Shown: positions 29,267-38,310 of the stretch, piece by piece
How positions within the stretch are numbered: the stretch's first letter is position 1
Layout: each line of letters opens with the position of its first letter
Assembly (NCBI GenBank): GCA_046757025.1
Contig: JBHHXN010000008.1
Location: forward strand, 1 to 64,000
Reading direction: 5' to 3'
DNA: 64,000 bases
Source of the DNA: a bacterium
GTDB taxonomy: Bacteria > Zhuqueibacterota > Zhuqueibacteria > Oceanimicrobiales > Oceanimicrobiaceae
Made by a program: the position numbers and the translations under genes
Notes under the pieces: generated by a model
The model's database searches: none
Seen by the model: only the letters and a program-made list of their open reading frames with translations
Told to the model about the DNA's origin: nothing

Positions 29267-30415
29267 ATGCAGCCCTTCGATTTTCAATCGAGTATTCGGG
29301 TAGTTTACGGCGAGAACACCCTCAACCAGTTGGGTAATCTGTCAAAGGTGCTGGGGGGGGAGCGGGTGTTGATCGTCACCGATGCAGGCATTGTGGCAGC
29401 GGGATTGGTGGAACGCGCTCGGCAGCTTTTGCAGCATGCTGCCATCGATGCGTTTGTATTCGATGGCGTGGAAACGAACCCCACTACCCGGCATGTTGAG
29501 GACGGATTGCAGTTTGCCCGAGAAATCGCACCTATCGATCTGATTATCGGACTGGGTGGGGGCAGCGCCATGGATTGCGCCAAAGGCATCAATTTTCTAT
29601 TGACCAACGGCGGGAAAATGGAAGACTACTGGGGCGTGGACAAAGCCGCGAAACCCATGCTGCCGTCCATCGGCATCCCGACCACCGCGGGGACGGGCAG
29701 CGAAGCGCAATCCTTTGCCCTCATCGCTCAGGAAGAAGGCCATCGCAAAATGGCGTGTGGAGATAAAAAGGCGCGTTTCAAAACGGTCATTCTCGATCCG
29801 GTGTTAATTAGAAGCGTGCCGCAGGAAATCAAAGCCACCGCTGGCATGGACGCGCTGGCACATGCCGTGGAGAGTTTTGTGTGTACTCGAAGCAATGCCG
29901 TCTCCGAGCTGTTCAGCCGGGAAGCCTGGCGTCTGTTGTCAGGCAATTTTGAGAAAATGCTGAAAGAGCCCGAAAATCTTCGGGCGGCCAGCAGGATGCT
30001 GTTGGGGGCGCATTTTGCCGGCATGGCAGTCGAAAACGCCATGCTGGGCGCGGCGCATGCCTGCGCCAATCCGTTAACCGCGCGCTTCGGCATTTCGCAC
30101 GGCATGGCCGTTGGCTTGATGCTGCCGTCTGTTGTGAGATTTAACAGCCAGGTTGTCGAGGGTCGCTACCAAAAATTGATGCAGGCATTGAATGTTTATC
30201 AAACGGCCGCAAGCCGCTCTGCTGAACAGTTAGCTGAAAAATTGGTGGATTTGATGAGAAAATGCAATTGGCCATTGCAGTTAAGCGAGTTGCATATAGC
30301 AGAAACGGATTTGCCGGCGTTAGCAGAGGAGGCGGCGCAGCAATGGACTGCTCAGTTTAACCCACGTCCGCTGTCTCCGAAGGTCTGTTTGGAGCTGTAT
30401 CAAAAAACTTTTTAG
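29267..30415 (+). CDS. Iron-containing alcohol dehydrogenase
   Basis: GGGSAMD, PTTAGTGSE, DALAHAVE, AHA, HG metal ligands; ATG 29267 chosen to avoid overlap with the ALDH gene. Confidence 0.92.
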   Translation: MQPFDFQSSIRVVYGENTLNQLGNLSKVLGGERVLIVTDAGIVAAGLVERARQLLQHAAIDAFVFDGVETNPTTRHVEDGLQFAREIAPIDLIIGLGGGSAMDCAKGINFLLTNGGKMEDYWGVDKAAKPMLPSIGIPTTAGTGSEAQSFALIAQEEGHRKMACGDKKARFKTVILDPVLIRSVPQEIKATAGMDALAHAVESFVCTRSNAVSELFSREAWRLLSGNFEKMLKEPENLRAASRMLLGAHFAGMAVENAMLGAAHACANPLTARFGISHGMAVGLMLPSVVRFNSQVVEGRYQKLMQALNVYQTAASRSAEQLAEKLVDLMRKCNWPLQLSELHIAETDLPALAEEAAQQWTAQFNPRPLSPKVCLELYQKTF

Positions 30416-30461
30416 AACCCTCGGACTGAAATTGCTTACTATCTGAAAGGCTGTAAATTTT

Positions 30462-31589
30462 ATGCCCGTAAGGAATCTGACAATCCTTTTTGTATTTTTG
30501 TTAACTTGGGATAATTTCGCGCAGAATCATGCCGATGAATTTAGTGCGTCAAATGCCTGGCGGATGTTTCGCGGCAACCCGCAATCAACCGCGGTAAAAG
30601 CCGGCCGGGTTGCTAATGAGCCGCGCTTACTTTGGACCTTTCAAGCTTCAGACGCCATTGAATCTACCGCGGCTATTTATGCAAACCGCGTCTATTTTGG
30701 TACGCTAGACGGCCATTTTTACGCGGTGGATTTTGCCACCGGCGATTCTGTCTGGAAAAGGACCGTGGAAGATGAAATAAAATCTTCCCCCACCGTTTAT
30801 CGGAATAAAATTTTTTTCGGTGATGAGTTTGGTGAATTTCATGCACTCGATGTCAGAACCGGCGAGCAGGTCTGGAAATTCACCACCGAAGCCGGCATTA
30901 TTTCTTCGGCCAATTTCTGGGAAGATTATGTGCTTTTCGGCAGTTATGATAATTATCTGTACTGCCTGTCTGTGGCCGATGGCGCATTACGGTGGAAGTT
31001 GGAAACCGACGGTTATGTGCACGGTACGCCGGCCATTTACAATAATCAAGTCTGCATTACGGGCTGCGACGGCTATTTACGCGTCATCGAAATTGCCAGC
31101 GGCAAAGAAACAAAGAAAATCGAGCTGGTGGATTACATCGCTTCCAGTCCGGCCATCTATAACGGTCGCGTATATTTTGGAACACATGGCAATCGCGTCC
31201 TGTGTGTGAATTTGAAAAGTTCTCAAATCGAATGGGTTTATGAACACCCGGTGCGAAAATTTCCCTATTATGCTTCTGCCGCCGTGAACGCAGAGGTAGT
31301 GCTTATCGGCGGCGGCGATAAAATTTTGCACGCGCTTGATCCGAAATCCGGCAAAGAAAAATGGGCATTTCAGGCTCGATCGAAATTCGAAGCTTCGCCA
31401 ATCATTGTCGGTGAGAGGGCCATTACGGCAACCGTTCGCGGGGTGATTTACCTGTTTGACATCCACAGCGGCAGCGTGCTTTGGGAGTATGAAACCGGCA
31501 CAGCCATCGCTTCCTCCCCGGCTTTTGCCAAGGGCAAATTTGTCATCGGTTCGGATGACGGCATTTTATATTGTTTTGGAAAAAAATAA
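30462..31589 (+). CDS. PQQ-like (BamB/AfsK-like) beta-propeller protein
   Basis: Signal peptide; WRMFRGN; about eight S.PAIY...VYFG..DG..YA.D..TG..W repeats. Confidence 0.85.
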   Translation: MPVRNLTILFVFLLTWDNFAQNHADEFSASNAWRMFRGNPQSTAVKAGRVANEPRLLWTFQASDAIESTAAIYANRVYFGTLDGHFYAVDFATGDSVWKRTVEDEIKSSPTVYRNKIFFGDEFGEFHALDVRTGEQVWKFTTEAGIISSANFWEDYVLFGSYDNYLYCLSVADGALRWKLETDGYVHGTPAIYNNQVCITGCDGYLRVIEIASGKETKKIELVDYIASSPAIYNGRVYFGTHGNRVLCVNLKSSQIEWVYEHPVRKFPYYASAAVNAEVVLIGGGDKILHALDPKSGKEKWAFQARSKFEASPIIVGERAITATVRGVIYLFDIHSGSVLWEYETGTAIASSPAFAKGKFVIGSDDGILYCFGKK

Positions 31590-31597
31590 AGAAAAAA

Positions 31598-32947
31598 ATG
31601 GCAGACCACACCCTTACGCAATTTGCTGAACCTGCGACCACCCGACTCGATGTCAAAGAGACCGAAGCCGGCAGCGTGTTCGTTTCGAATTACCCGCCCT
31701 ATTCGTTCTGGAGCGCTGTGCAGGTTCCGGATGCATTCGCTGCGTTGAATTCTGCTCCAGAACCCACGAACACCCTGGGCCTGTATTTGCACATTCCCTT
31801 TTGTCGCAAGCGGTGTAAATTCTGCTATTTTCGGGTTTATACCGACAAAAACAGCTCACAAATTGCGGAGTACCTGGAGGCTTTGTCCAGGGAAGTGCAA
31901 TTGTATGCTGAGAAACCAGCAGTGGCGGGACGACCCCTGAAATTCGTTTATTTCGGCGGCGGTACCCCCTCCTTCATCAGCGTGAAACATTTGCAACACC
32001 TGGTAACCCGGCTCAAGGCCAGTTTGTCCTGGGATGGCGTGGAAGAGGTCACCTTTGAATGCGAGCCGGGCACGCTTTCGCAGGCCAAATTAGAGGCTAT
32101 TCGGGAAATCGGCGTCACCCGGTTGAGTTTGGGAATCGAAAACTTTCATGACGCTATTTTAAAGGAAAATGGCCGGGCGCATCTTTCCAGAGAAATTTAT
32201 CAGGTGCTGCCCTGGATTCAAGATTTACAATTTCAACAATTGAATGTCGATTTGATCGCTGGTATGGTAGGTGAAACCTGGCACACCTGGAAAGAGAACG
32301 TGCAAAGAACCATCGACATCGATGCCGACAGCGTGACTATTTATCAGTTAGAGCTGCCGTTCAACACCGTTTACACCAGAGAGTTGAGCACCGGTAGCAA
32401 CAAAATTGTGGTGGCGGATTGGCAGACCAAACGAGAGTGGCATGATTACGCCATCGAAGAACTCAGTGCGGCTGGATATGAAATTTCCAGCGCGTACACC
32501 ATGGTTAAAGACAATCACTCCTGTAAGTTTGTTTACCGAGATTCGGTTTGGCGGGGAACCGATATGCTCGGCGCCGGCGTGGCCTCTTTTTCACATATTA
32601 GCGGCGTGCACTACCAAAATGCCGCGGCCTGGCACGATTATCTGGCAAAACTGCAATCGAATAACTTGCCGCTGCATCGAGCCTTTACCGCCACTGCCGA
32701 ACAACAATTGACACGTGAGATGATTTTACAGTTAAAACTGGGCAAAATAAAGACGAAATATTTTAAAGAGAAGTTTAATACCGACATATTAAAAAAGTTT
32801 GAGCGGCCTTTGCAAAAACTACAACAGGAGGGGTTGTTGAGCTGCAAACAGAATGAGGTTCGTCTGACCCGTAGCGGCTTGCTGCGAGTGGATCAGCTTT
32901 TGCCGGAATTTTATTCTGAATCATTTCGAAACGCCCGTTATACCTGA
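31598..32947 (+). CDS. HemN-like radical SAM protein (class C methyltransferase-like)
   Basis: NYPPY, LYLHIPFCRKRCKFCYF, YFGGGTPS, RLSLG, DLI.G; HemN_C tail LTRSG. Confidence 0.85.
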   Translation: MADHTLTQFAEPATTRLDVKETEAGSVFVSNYPPYSFWSAVQVPDAFAALNSAPEPTNTLGLYLHIPFCRKRCKFCYFRVYTDKNSSQIAEYLEALSREVQLYAEKPAVAGRPLKFVYFGGGTPSFISVKHLQHLVTRLKASLSWDGVEEVTFECEPGTLSQAKLEAIREIGVTRLSLGIENFHDAILKENGRAHLSREIYQVLPWIQDLQFQQLNVDLIAGMVGETWHTWKENVQRTIDIDADSVTIYQLELPFNTVYTRELSTGSNKIVVADWQTKREWHDYAIEELSAAGYEISSAYTMVKDNHSCKFVYRDSVWRGTDMLGAGVASFSHISGVHYQNAAAWHDYLAKLQSNNLPLHRAFTATAEQQLTREMILQLKLGKIKTKYFKEKFNTDILKKFERPLQKLQQEGLLSCKQNEVRLTRSGLLRVDQLLPEFYSESFRNARYT

Positions 32948-33010
32948 TTTAACGAATGGAATTAAAGCAACTAAAAAATAACCATCCAACCTGAGTTTTG
33001 AGAATTTAAG

Positions 33011-34339
33011 TTGAGTCGTAAAAAATATTTTACACTTGGTAGTTTCATCTTGTTTATTTTAGGGTTGATTGTCCTGTTGAACAGCACTGTGCTGGCGGGC
33101 GATAAGAAGTCCAGCTCCAATTATGACTGGCCGCAGTGGCGCGGTCCGAATCGCAACGGCATTTCATACGAGACCGACCTGATTACGAGCTTTTCAAATG
33201 ACGTCCCAACCGTTTTGTGGAAGCAAGTTCTGGGAGATGGTTATTCTGGAATCGCGGTGAAAAACGACAAAGTTTATACCATGTACGACGAATCGTGGGG
33301 GCAGGAGTACGTGATTTGTCTGGAAGCCGATTCCGGCCACATAATCTGGCTTTTTGCCGTGGACGACTATTTCTTAAATCGTGAAGGCGCTGGACCACGT
33401 TCCACCCCCACCGTGGATGGGGACAAGGTATTTGTATTGAGCGCCACCGGTTTATTGTACGCATTGAATGCCGATTCTGGTTATGAAATCTGGGAGGTTG
33501 ACTTGCAGAAAGAGCTGGGTGCGAAGAGACCACGGTATGGATTCGCGGCTTCCCCCCTCGTGGAAGGCGAACTGCTTTTGATTGAAGTGGGTCGGAATTC
33601 TAAAAATGAGATTGTGGCCTTAAATAAAAACACCGGCAAATTAGTTTGGCGAACCTGGACCCTGCCTGAACATTTCGATATATCCAATTATCCGCTCAAG
33701 TCGGATAGATCCGGCTATTCATCGCCGGTGGCGGTGAATTTGAACGGTGTGCGTCAGATTCTATTTTTAACGGGAAATCAATTACTTTCCATCTCGCCAG
33801 AGGGCAAGATTTATTGGCGCTTTCCGTGGAAAACCTACAAGGGCGCCAATGTCGCCAGTCCCGTCGTGATACCTGAAAACAAGATTTTCATTTCATCGGG
33901 TTACGACAAAGGCGCGGTCATGTTAAAAATCCATGGGGATAAAAAGGCGTTTGAGGTTCAAAAAATCTGGCAGAGCAAAATAATGCGCAACCGTATTTCC
34001 ACCGCCATCTGCTACAATGGATACCTTTTTGGATTTGATCGCAAAACGCTGAAATGCATCGATGTTTACAGCGGCTTCGAAATGTGGAAGAAAAAGGGCT
34101 TTGGCATGGGAAATATTTTTTTAGCGGATAACCATCTGTTCATTTTCAGTGAACGTGGGAAATTAGTCATCGCGGACGCCACACATACCGGCTATCGGGA
34201 ACTCACTTCGGTCAAGGTTTTGTCGGGTAAGTGCTGGACTCCGCCTTCCCTTGCCAATGGCAAATTGTTTGCACGAAATCAATATCAAATTATTTGTATC
34301 GATTTAATTGGTGAAAATAATCCAGCCGGGTCAGAATAA
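33011..34339 (+). CDS. PQQ-like beta-propeller protein (WPQWRG type), paralog 1
   Basis: Signal peptide; DWPQWRGPNRNGIS, GDGYSG, GPRSTPTVDG, GYSSP, KCWTPP.LANGKL..RNQ. Confidence 0.85.
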   Translation: MSRKKYFTLGSFILFILGLIVLLNSTVLAGDKKSSSNYDWPQWRGPNRNGISYETDLITSFSNDVPTVLWKQVLGDGYSGIAVKNDKVYTMYDESWGQEYVICLEADSGHIIWLFAVDDYFLNREGAGPRSTPTVDGDKVFVLSATGLLYALNADSGYEIWEVDLQKELGAKRPRYGFAASPLVEGELLLIEVGRNSKNEIVALNKNTGKLVWRTWTLPEHFDISNYPLKSDRSGYSSPVAVNLNGVRQILFLTGNQLLSISPEGKIYWRFPWKTYKGANVASPVVIPENKIFISSGYDKGAVMLKIHGDKKAFEVQKIWQSKIMRNRISTAICYNGYLFGFDRKTLKCIDVYSGFEMWKKKGFGMGNIFLADNHLFIFSERGKLVIADATHTGYRELTSVKVLSGKCWTPPSLANGKLFARNQYQIICIDLIGENNPAGSE

Positions 34340-34459
34340 TCTAAACCCTTCAATGAGCAATTATTGCCCCCCCTTTTCCCTTATCGTCTTGATGTTGGGC
34401 AGGAGGAACCACACTGTGTCTTTATCTGGGGCGAATAACAATTTTGTGCTGGAGGTATT

Positions 34460-35743
34460 ATGAGAATGAAAAAAACCAGCGCTCGGTTTTTGAGCTTATT
34501 CTATACCGGCATTTTGTTGGGAAGCGGCTTTTTGCTGGTGGAGCAAGGCATTTCTGGTTCGGGAGAAAAAGATCGCTTTGATTGGCCGCAATGGCGCGGT
34601 CGCCAACGCGACGGCGTTTCCAGAGAAACCGGCATTCTGAAAAACTGGCCGGAAAGCGGTCCGAAAGTGGTTTGGCAGGCGCCATCCGGCGATGGCTATT
34701 CCGGCATATCTGTTTCCGATGGCCGACTGTTTACCATGTACGGTGACGCCGGCGCCGAAGTGGTGGTTTGTCTGGATGCGGGTTCGGGTCGCGAGCTCTG
34801 GCGGTTTCAATCCGAGGCCCGGGTCTATCGAAATTCCTTCGGAAATGGCCCGCGCTCCACTCCCACGGTGGATGGGGAAGCGGTGTACACGCTGGGCGCC
34901 ACGGCCAGGCTTTACGCGCTGAATGTAAAAAACGGTGACAAAATTTGGAGCCATGATTTGAAAGCCGAGTATGGCGCACAGATTCCCACCTGGGGCGTGG
35001 CCTGCTCCCCTCTGGTGGACGGGAATTTGCTTCTGGTGGATGTGGGCGGTCGCGGCGATTACGGTGTCATAGCTTTTAACAAATTCAATGGCAAAGTGGT
35101 CTGGAAATCCAAAACCAGCTTGCCGGGTTATTCTTCGCCGGTGGCAGTGAGCGTGGGCGGCGTGAAGCAAATTCTGTTTTTCACCGGTGCCGCTCTGATT
35201 TCCGTGGCTCCGGAAAACGGTAAAAAATACTGGAGCGTCCCCTGGCGTACGAGCTACAATGTCAACGCGGCCACGCCCATTTTTATTGCCCCGGACCGAG
35301 TGTTCATTTCCTCCGGTTACAACGTGGGCGGTGCGGTGCAGCAAATGGAGGTCGTGAATGGCCGGGTGACGGTTCGAGAAATCTGGAAAAACCGCGTGAT
35401 GCGCAACCACTTCTCTTCTTCGATATTAGTGGGAAGTCATTTGTACGGTTTTGACGAAGGCACCTTGCGCTGCGTGGATGTGAACGACCACCGATCGCAA
35501 TGGGCCAAACGCGGCTTCGGAAAAGGCGCTTTGTTTTATGCCGACGGCCATTTGATTGTTCTGAGTGAGCGCGGAAAATTGCTTTTGATCAAAGCTACAC
35601 CGGAAAACTATCTCGAGGTGGCCAGTGCTCAGGTGTTGCGAGGTAGATGCTGGACCGTGCCCACCCTGGCAGGCGGAAAATTGTACGTCCGCAACCAAAA
35701 GGCCATGCTTTGCCTGGAGTTTTCTGCGTCCGACCGATTATGA
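34460..35743 (+). CDS. PQQ-like beta-propeller protein (WPQWRG type), paralog 2
   Basis: GGAGG RBS; DWPQWRG..RDGVS, GDGYSG, GPRSTPTVDG, GYSSP, CWT.P.LAGGKL..RNQ. Confidence 0.85.
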   Translation: MRMKKTSARFLSLFYTGILLGSGFLLVEQGISGSGEKDRFDWPQWRGRQRDGVSRETGILKNWPESGPKVVWQAPSGDGYSGISVSDGRLFTMYGDAGAEVVVCLDAGSGRELWRFQSEARVYRNSFGNGPRSTPTVDGEAVYTLGATARLYALNVKNGDKIWSHDLKAEYGAQIPTWGVACSPLVDGNLLLVDVGGRGDYGVIAFNKFNGKVVWKSKTSLPGYSSPVAVSVGGVKQILFFTGAALISVAPENGKKYWSVPWRTSYNVNAATPIFIAPDRVFISSGYNVGGAVQQMEVVNGRVTVREIWKNRVMRNHFSSSILVGSHLYGFDEGTLRCVDVNDHRSQWAKRGFGKGALFYADGHLIVLSERGKLLLIKATPENYLEVASAQVLRGRCWTVPTLAGGKLYVRNQKAMLCLEFSASDRL

Positions 35744-35852
35744 AATTTAAAATGTTTTTCAATTTCTGAAATTTGTTGGCTTTTTTGGTTTATTTTAATA
35801 TAAAATTGAGGTAATTTTATTTAATTCTGCAAAATGAGGTGTTCAACCTTTA

Positions 35853-36027
35853 CAGATGGTGTGAAAAGTCGAAACGTTAACTAAGAACTAAAAGCATCTT
35901 AATTGTCATTTCTCGCCTTGCGGGACAGGCTGGAAGAATCTTTTTGATAAACAGCCCTTTACGTCAAATTAACAAGTTTCTTCCAGAATGACATACCCCC
36001 CTGGATTGGTCTTTTCACACTGACTCT
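35853..36027. mobile_element. MITE-like element family B, copy 1
   Basis: Imperfect TIRs ..GTGTGAAAAG / CTTTTCACAC..; inner hairpin GTCATT...GGAAGAATCTTTTT...TTCTTCCAGAATGAC shared with 39746 and 48917. Confidence 0.55.
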
Positions 36028-36115
36028 TTTGTTGAAGCAGGCGGATGCCTGACACCCCTCCGTAAATTCATTTTGCAGAAGTCTTGTAACTTTAAGATAT
36101 GGAGGACAGGAATAA

Positions 36116-38290
36116 ATGAGATTATTACATAGAGCGTGGCCCTGCTTTGTTCTGCTGCTTCTTTGCGGCATCTTGGCGCCAACGCATTTACACGCCGATG
36201 ACGGCGACACCAAACACTACGTCATGCGCGATACCATCACCGTCATCGGCAAGCGTTATTTGACCATTCCTGAAATCAGCGCCATCGCCACTAAGCTACC
36301 GGCGCCGCTGCTGCGGACTCCCGCCAGCATTGGCGTGGTCACCCGAGCGCTGTTCGACCACCAGAACGGCATCGTCATGGGCGACGCGCTGAAAAATGTC
36401 AGCGGTGTGAATGTGCAAAATAATTTTGGTATTCACGATTTTTTTCTCATCCGTGGATTTGAGTCGCTTTCCAGCGGCCTGGTACTCACGGACGGCGCCG
36501 CCGAACCAGAAGTCAGTTTTTATAACCTGTACAACATTGAACGTGTGGAAGTGCTGAAAGGTCCTGGCGCCTTTCTCTATGGCGGCAACCCGCTGTCTGG
36601 CGCGGTGAACCTCGTTCGCAAACAGCCGCTGTTTCAGAATTTTGCCTTTGTTTCGGGTTCGTACGGCAACTTTAACTCGTTCCGCAGCACCTTTGATGTC
36701 GGTTTGAATAACGGCAATGACAACCTTGCTTTTCGTTTGAATGGCCTTTGGCAGGATTCGGAAAACTATCGCGACCAGAAGGATCACCTTTCCTACGCCA
36801 TCAACCCGGCCGTGACCTGGTCAGTGGACAATCGCACTTCGATTACGGCGAATTTCGAGTACGTCAATAGCGAAAACAAACCGGACTCCGGCATCCCCAT
36901 TTTGTTTCAGTTTGGTGAATCGCCGTTACCCAAGCCGGTTGCTGGTTTGCCGGAGGTACGCCGTACGCAGTCTTATCAAACACCCCTGGATATTTCAAAC
37001 CAGGAGCTTTTCAGAATACGACTCGATTTTAAACGAGACGTCAATACGTCTTTCACCTTGCGGAATAAATTTTATTTCACTCAACTGAACTGGCAGTCCG
37101 TGGGCACGCTTTTAAACGGCGCTTTTGCGGATTTCACCGTACCTGGAAAATTCATTGTTTTACGCCGGCTGAATTCATTGGATGATCAGCAAAAGTTGAT
37201 CGGAAATCAACTGGAAAGTTTGCTAAATTTCCGGACTGGTATCCTGAGCCACCAAGTGGTTGTCGGAATTGAAACCGCCTGGCTGGATGACGATTTTCAT
37301 CTCAATTTAGCGGAATTGCCGGCGCTGGATTTGTTCGAGCCAGATGAATCCATTGCCAGCATGAACCAGTTGCAGCCATTTCCCATCGCTTCCGGAGAAG
37401 CCAGAAGCTTTGTGTTCGCGCCCTATTTTATCAGTCAGACTTCGTTTTCAGAGAAGCTGCAACTGTTTTATGGCGGGCGTCTGGATATCATCGATTATGA
37501 TGATGAGCGCACGGATCTGGTGGATTTAAAGCGTTTCCTTTTATTGGATTCAAAAAATAAAAGAAATTATCAGAAATTCAGTCCCATGGTTGGACTGGTG
37601 GTTTCCCCGCAGTCGAACCTGACCGTTTATGCCAACGCGGCGCAATCCTTTGCTCCACCCTCCACGCTTACGCTGGGTTCACCCAAACCAGAAGAGAGTG
37701 TGCAGTATGAGCTGGGTAGCAAACTCAAACTGTTTGACGGCAGACTCACGACTTCGCTGGCGCTCTTTTATCTCGAGAAAAGCCACATCGACATTCCCGA
37801 TGATGTCACCGGCGTACCGCAACAAACCGGCGATCAGCGTTCACAGGGCGTGGAATTTGAAATCGCTGCACTGCCGGCCAGAGGCTTGCATACTTTTTTC
37901 AACTACGCTTTTACCGATGCGGAGCTGACGGAATTTCGAGAGTTTAATTTTCTCACCAATCAAATCGATGACCACAGCGGACGCACGCCGGCTTTTGCTC
38001 CCAAACACATCATGAATTTTTGGGTGACCCAATCCTTTAAAAATGGCCTCAGCGCCGGCACCGGTTTGCGCTATGTCAGTAGTCAATTCATCGATGAAGA
38101 CAACCTGTACAAAATAGATGATTATTTGACCTGGGATGCGACTTTGCATTTTACGTACGACAATTTCCGTTGGAGCTTGAATGTCAAGAATATCACCGAT
38201 CGGGCTTATGAAACCCGCGGATTTAACGCGTTTTCGGTGACGCCGGCCAACCCACGGGCGTTTTATGGCTCCATGGATTTTGTGTTTTAA
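36116..38290 (+). CDS. TonB-dependent receptor (siderophore-receptor-like)
   Basis: Signal peptide; DTITVIG TonB box; LKNVSGV, IRGF, IERVEVLKGP...YG...GAVN plug; C-terminal NITDRAY...F. Confidence 0.92.
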   Translation: MRLLHRAWPCFVLLLLCGILAPTHLHADDGDTKHYVMRDTITVIGKRYLTIPEISAIATKLPAPLLRTPASIGVVTRALFDHQNGIVMGDALKNVSGVNVQNNFGIHDFFLIRGFESLSSGLVLTDGAAEPEVSFYNLYNIERVEVLKGPGAFLYGGNPLSGAVNLVRKQPLFQNFAFVSGSYGNFNSFRSTFDVGLNNGNDNLAFRLNGLWQDSENYRDQKDHLSYAINPAVTWSVDNRTSITANFEYVNSENKPDSGIPILFQFGESPLPKPVAGLPEVRRTQSYQTPLDISNQELFRIRLDFKRDVNTSFTLRNKFYFTQLNWQSVGTLLNGAFADFTVPGKFIVLRRLNSLDDQQKLIGNQLESLLNFRTGILSHQVVVGIETAWLDDDFHLNLAELPALDLFEPDESIASMNQLQPFPIASGEARSFVFAPYFISQTSFSEKLQLFYGGRLDIIDYDDERTDLVDLKRFLLLDSKNKRNYQKFSPMVGLVVSPQSNLTVYANAAQSFAPPSTLTLGSPKPEESVQYELGSKLKLFDGRLTTSLALFYLEKSHIDIPDDVTGVPQQTGDQRSQGVEFEIAALPARGLHTFFNYAFTDAELTEFREFNFLTNQIDDHSGRTPAFAPKHIMNFWVTQSFKNGLSAGTGLRYVSSQFIDEDNLYKIDDYLTWDATLHFTYDNFRWSLNVKNITDRAYETRGFNAFSVTPANPRAFYGSMDFVF

Positions 38291-38310
38291 AATGATTGTT
38301 CGAGTAAAAA

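Noticed and set aside
30462..31589. bamB or a PQQ dehydrogenase
   Set aside because: No lipobox, no yfgM/der context and no catalytic PQQ-ADH motifs
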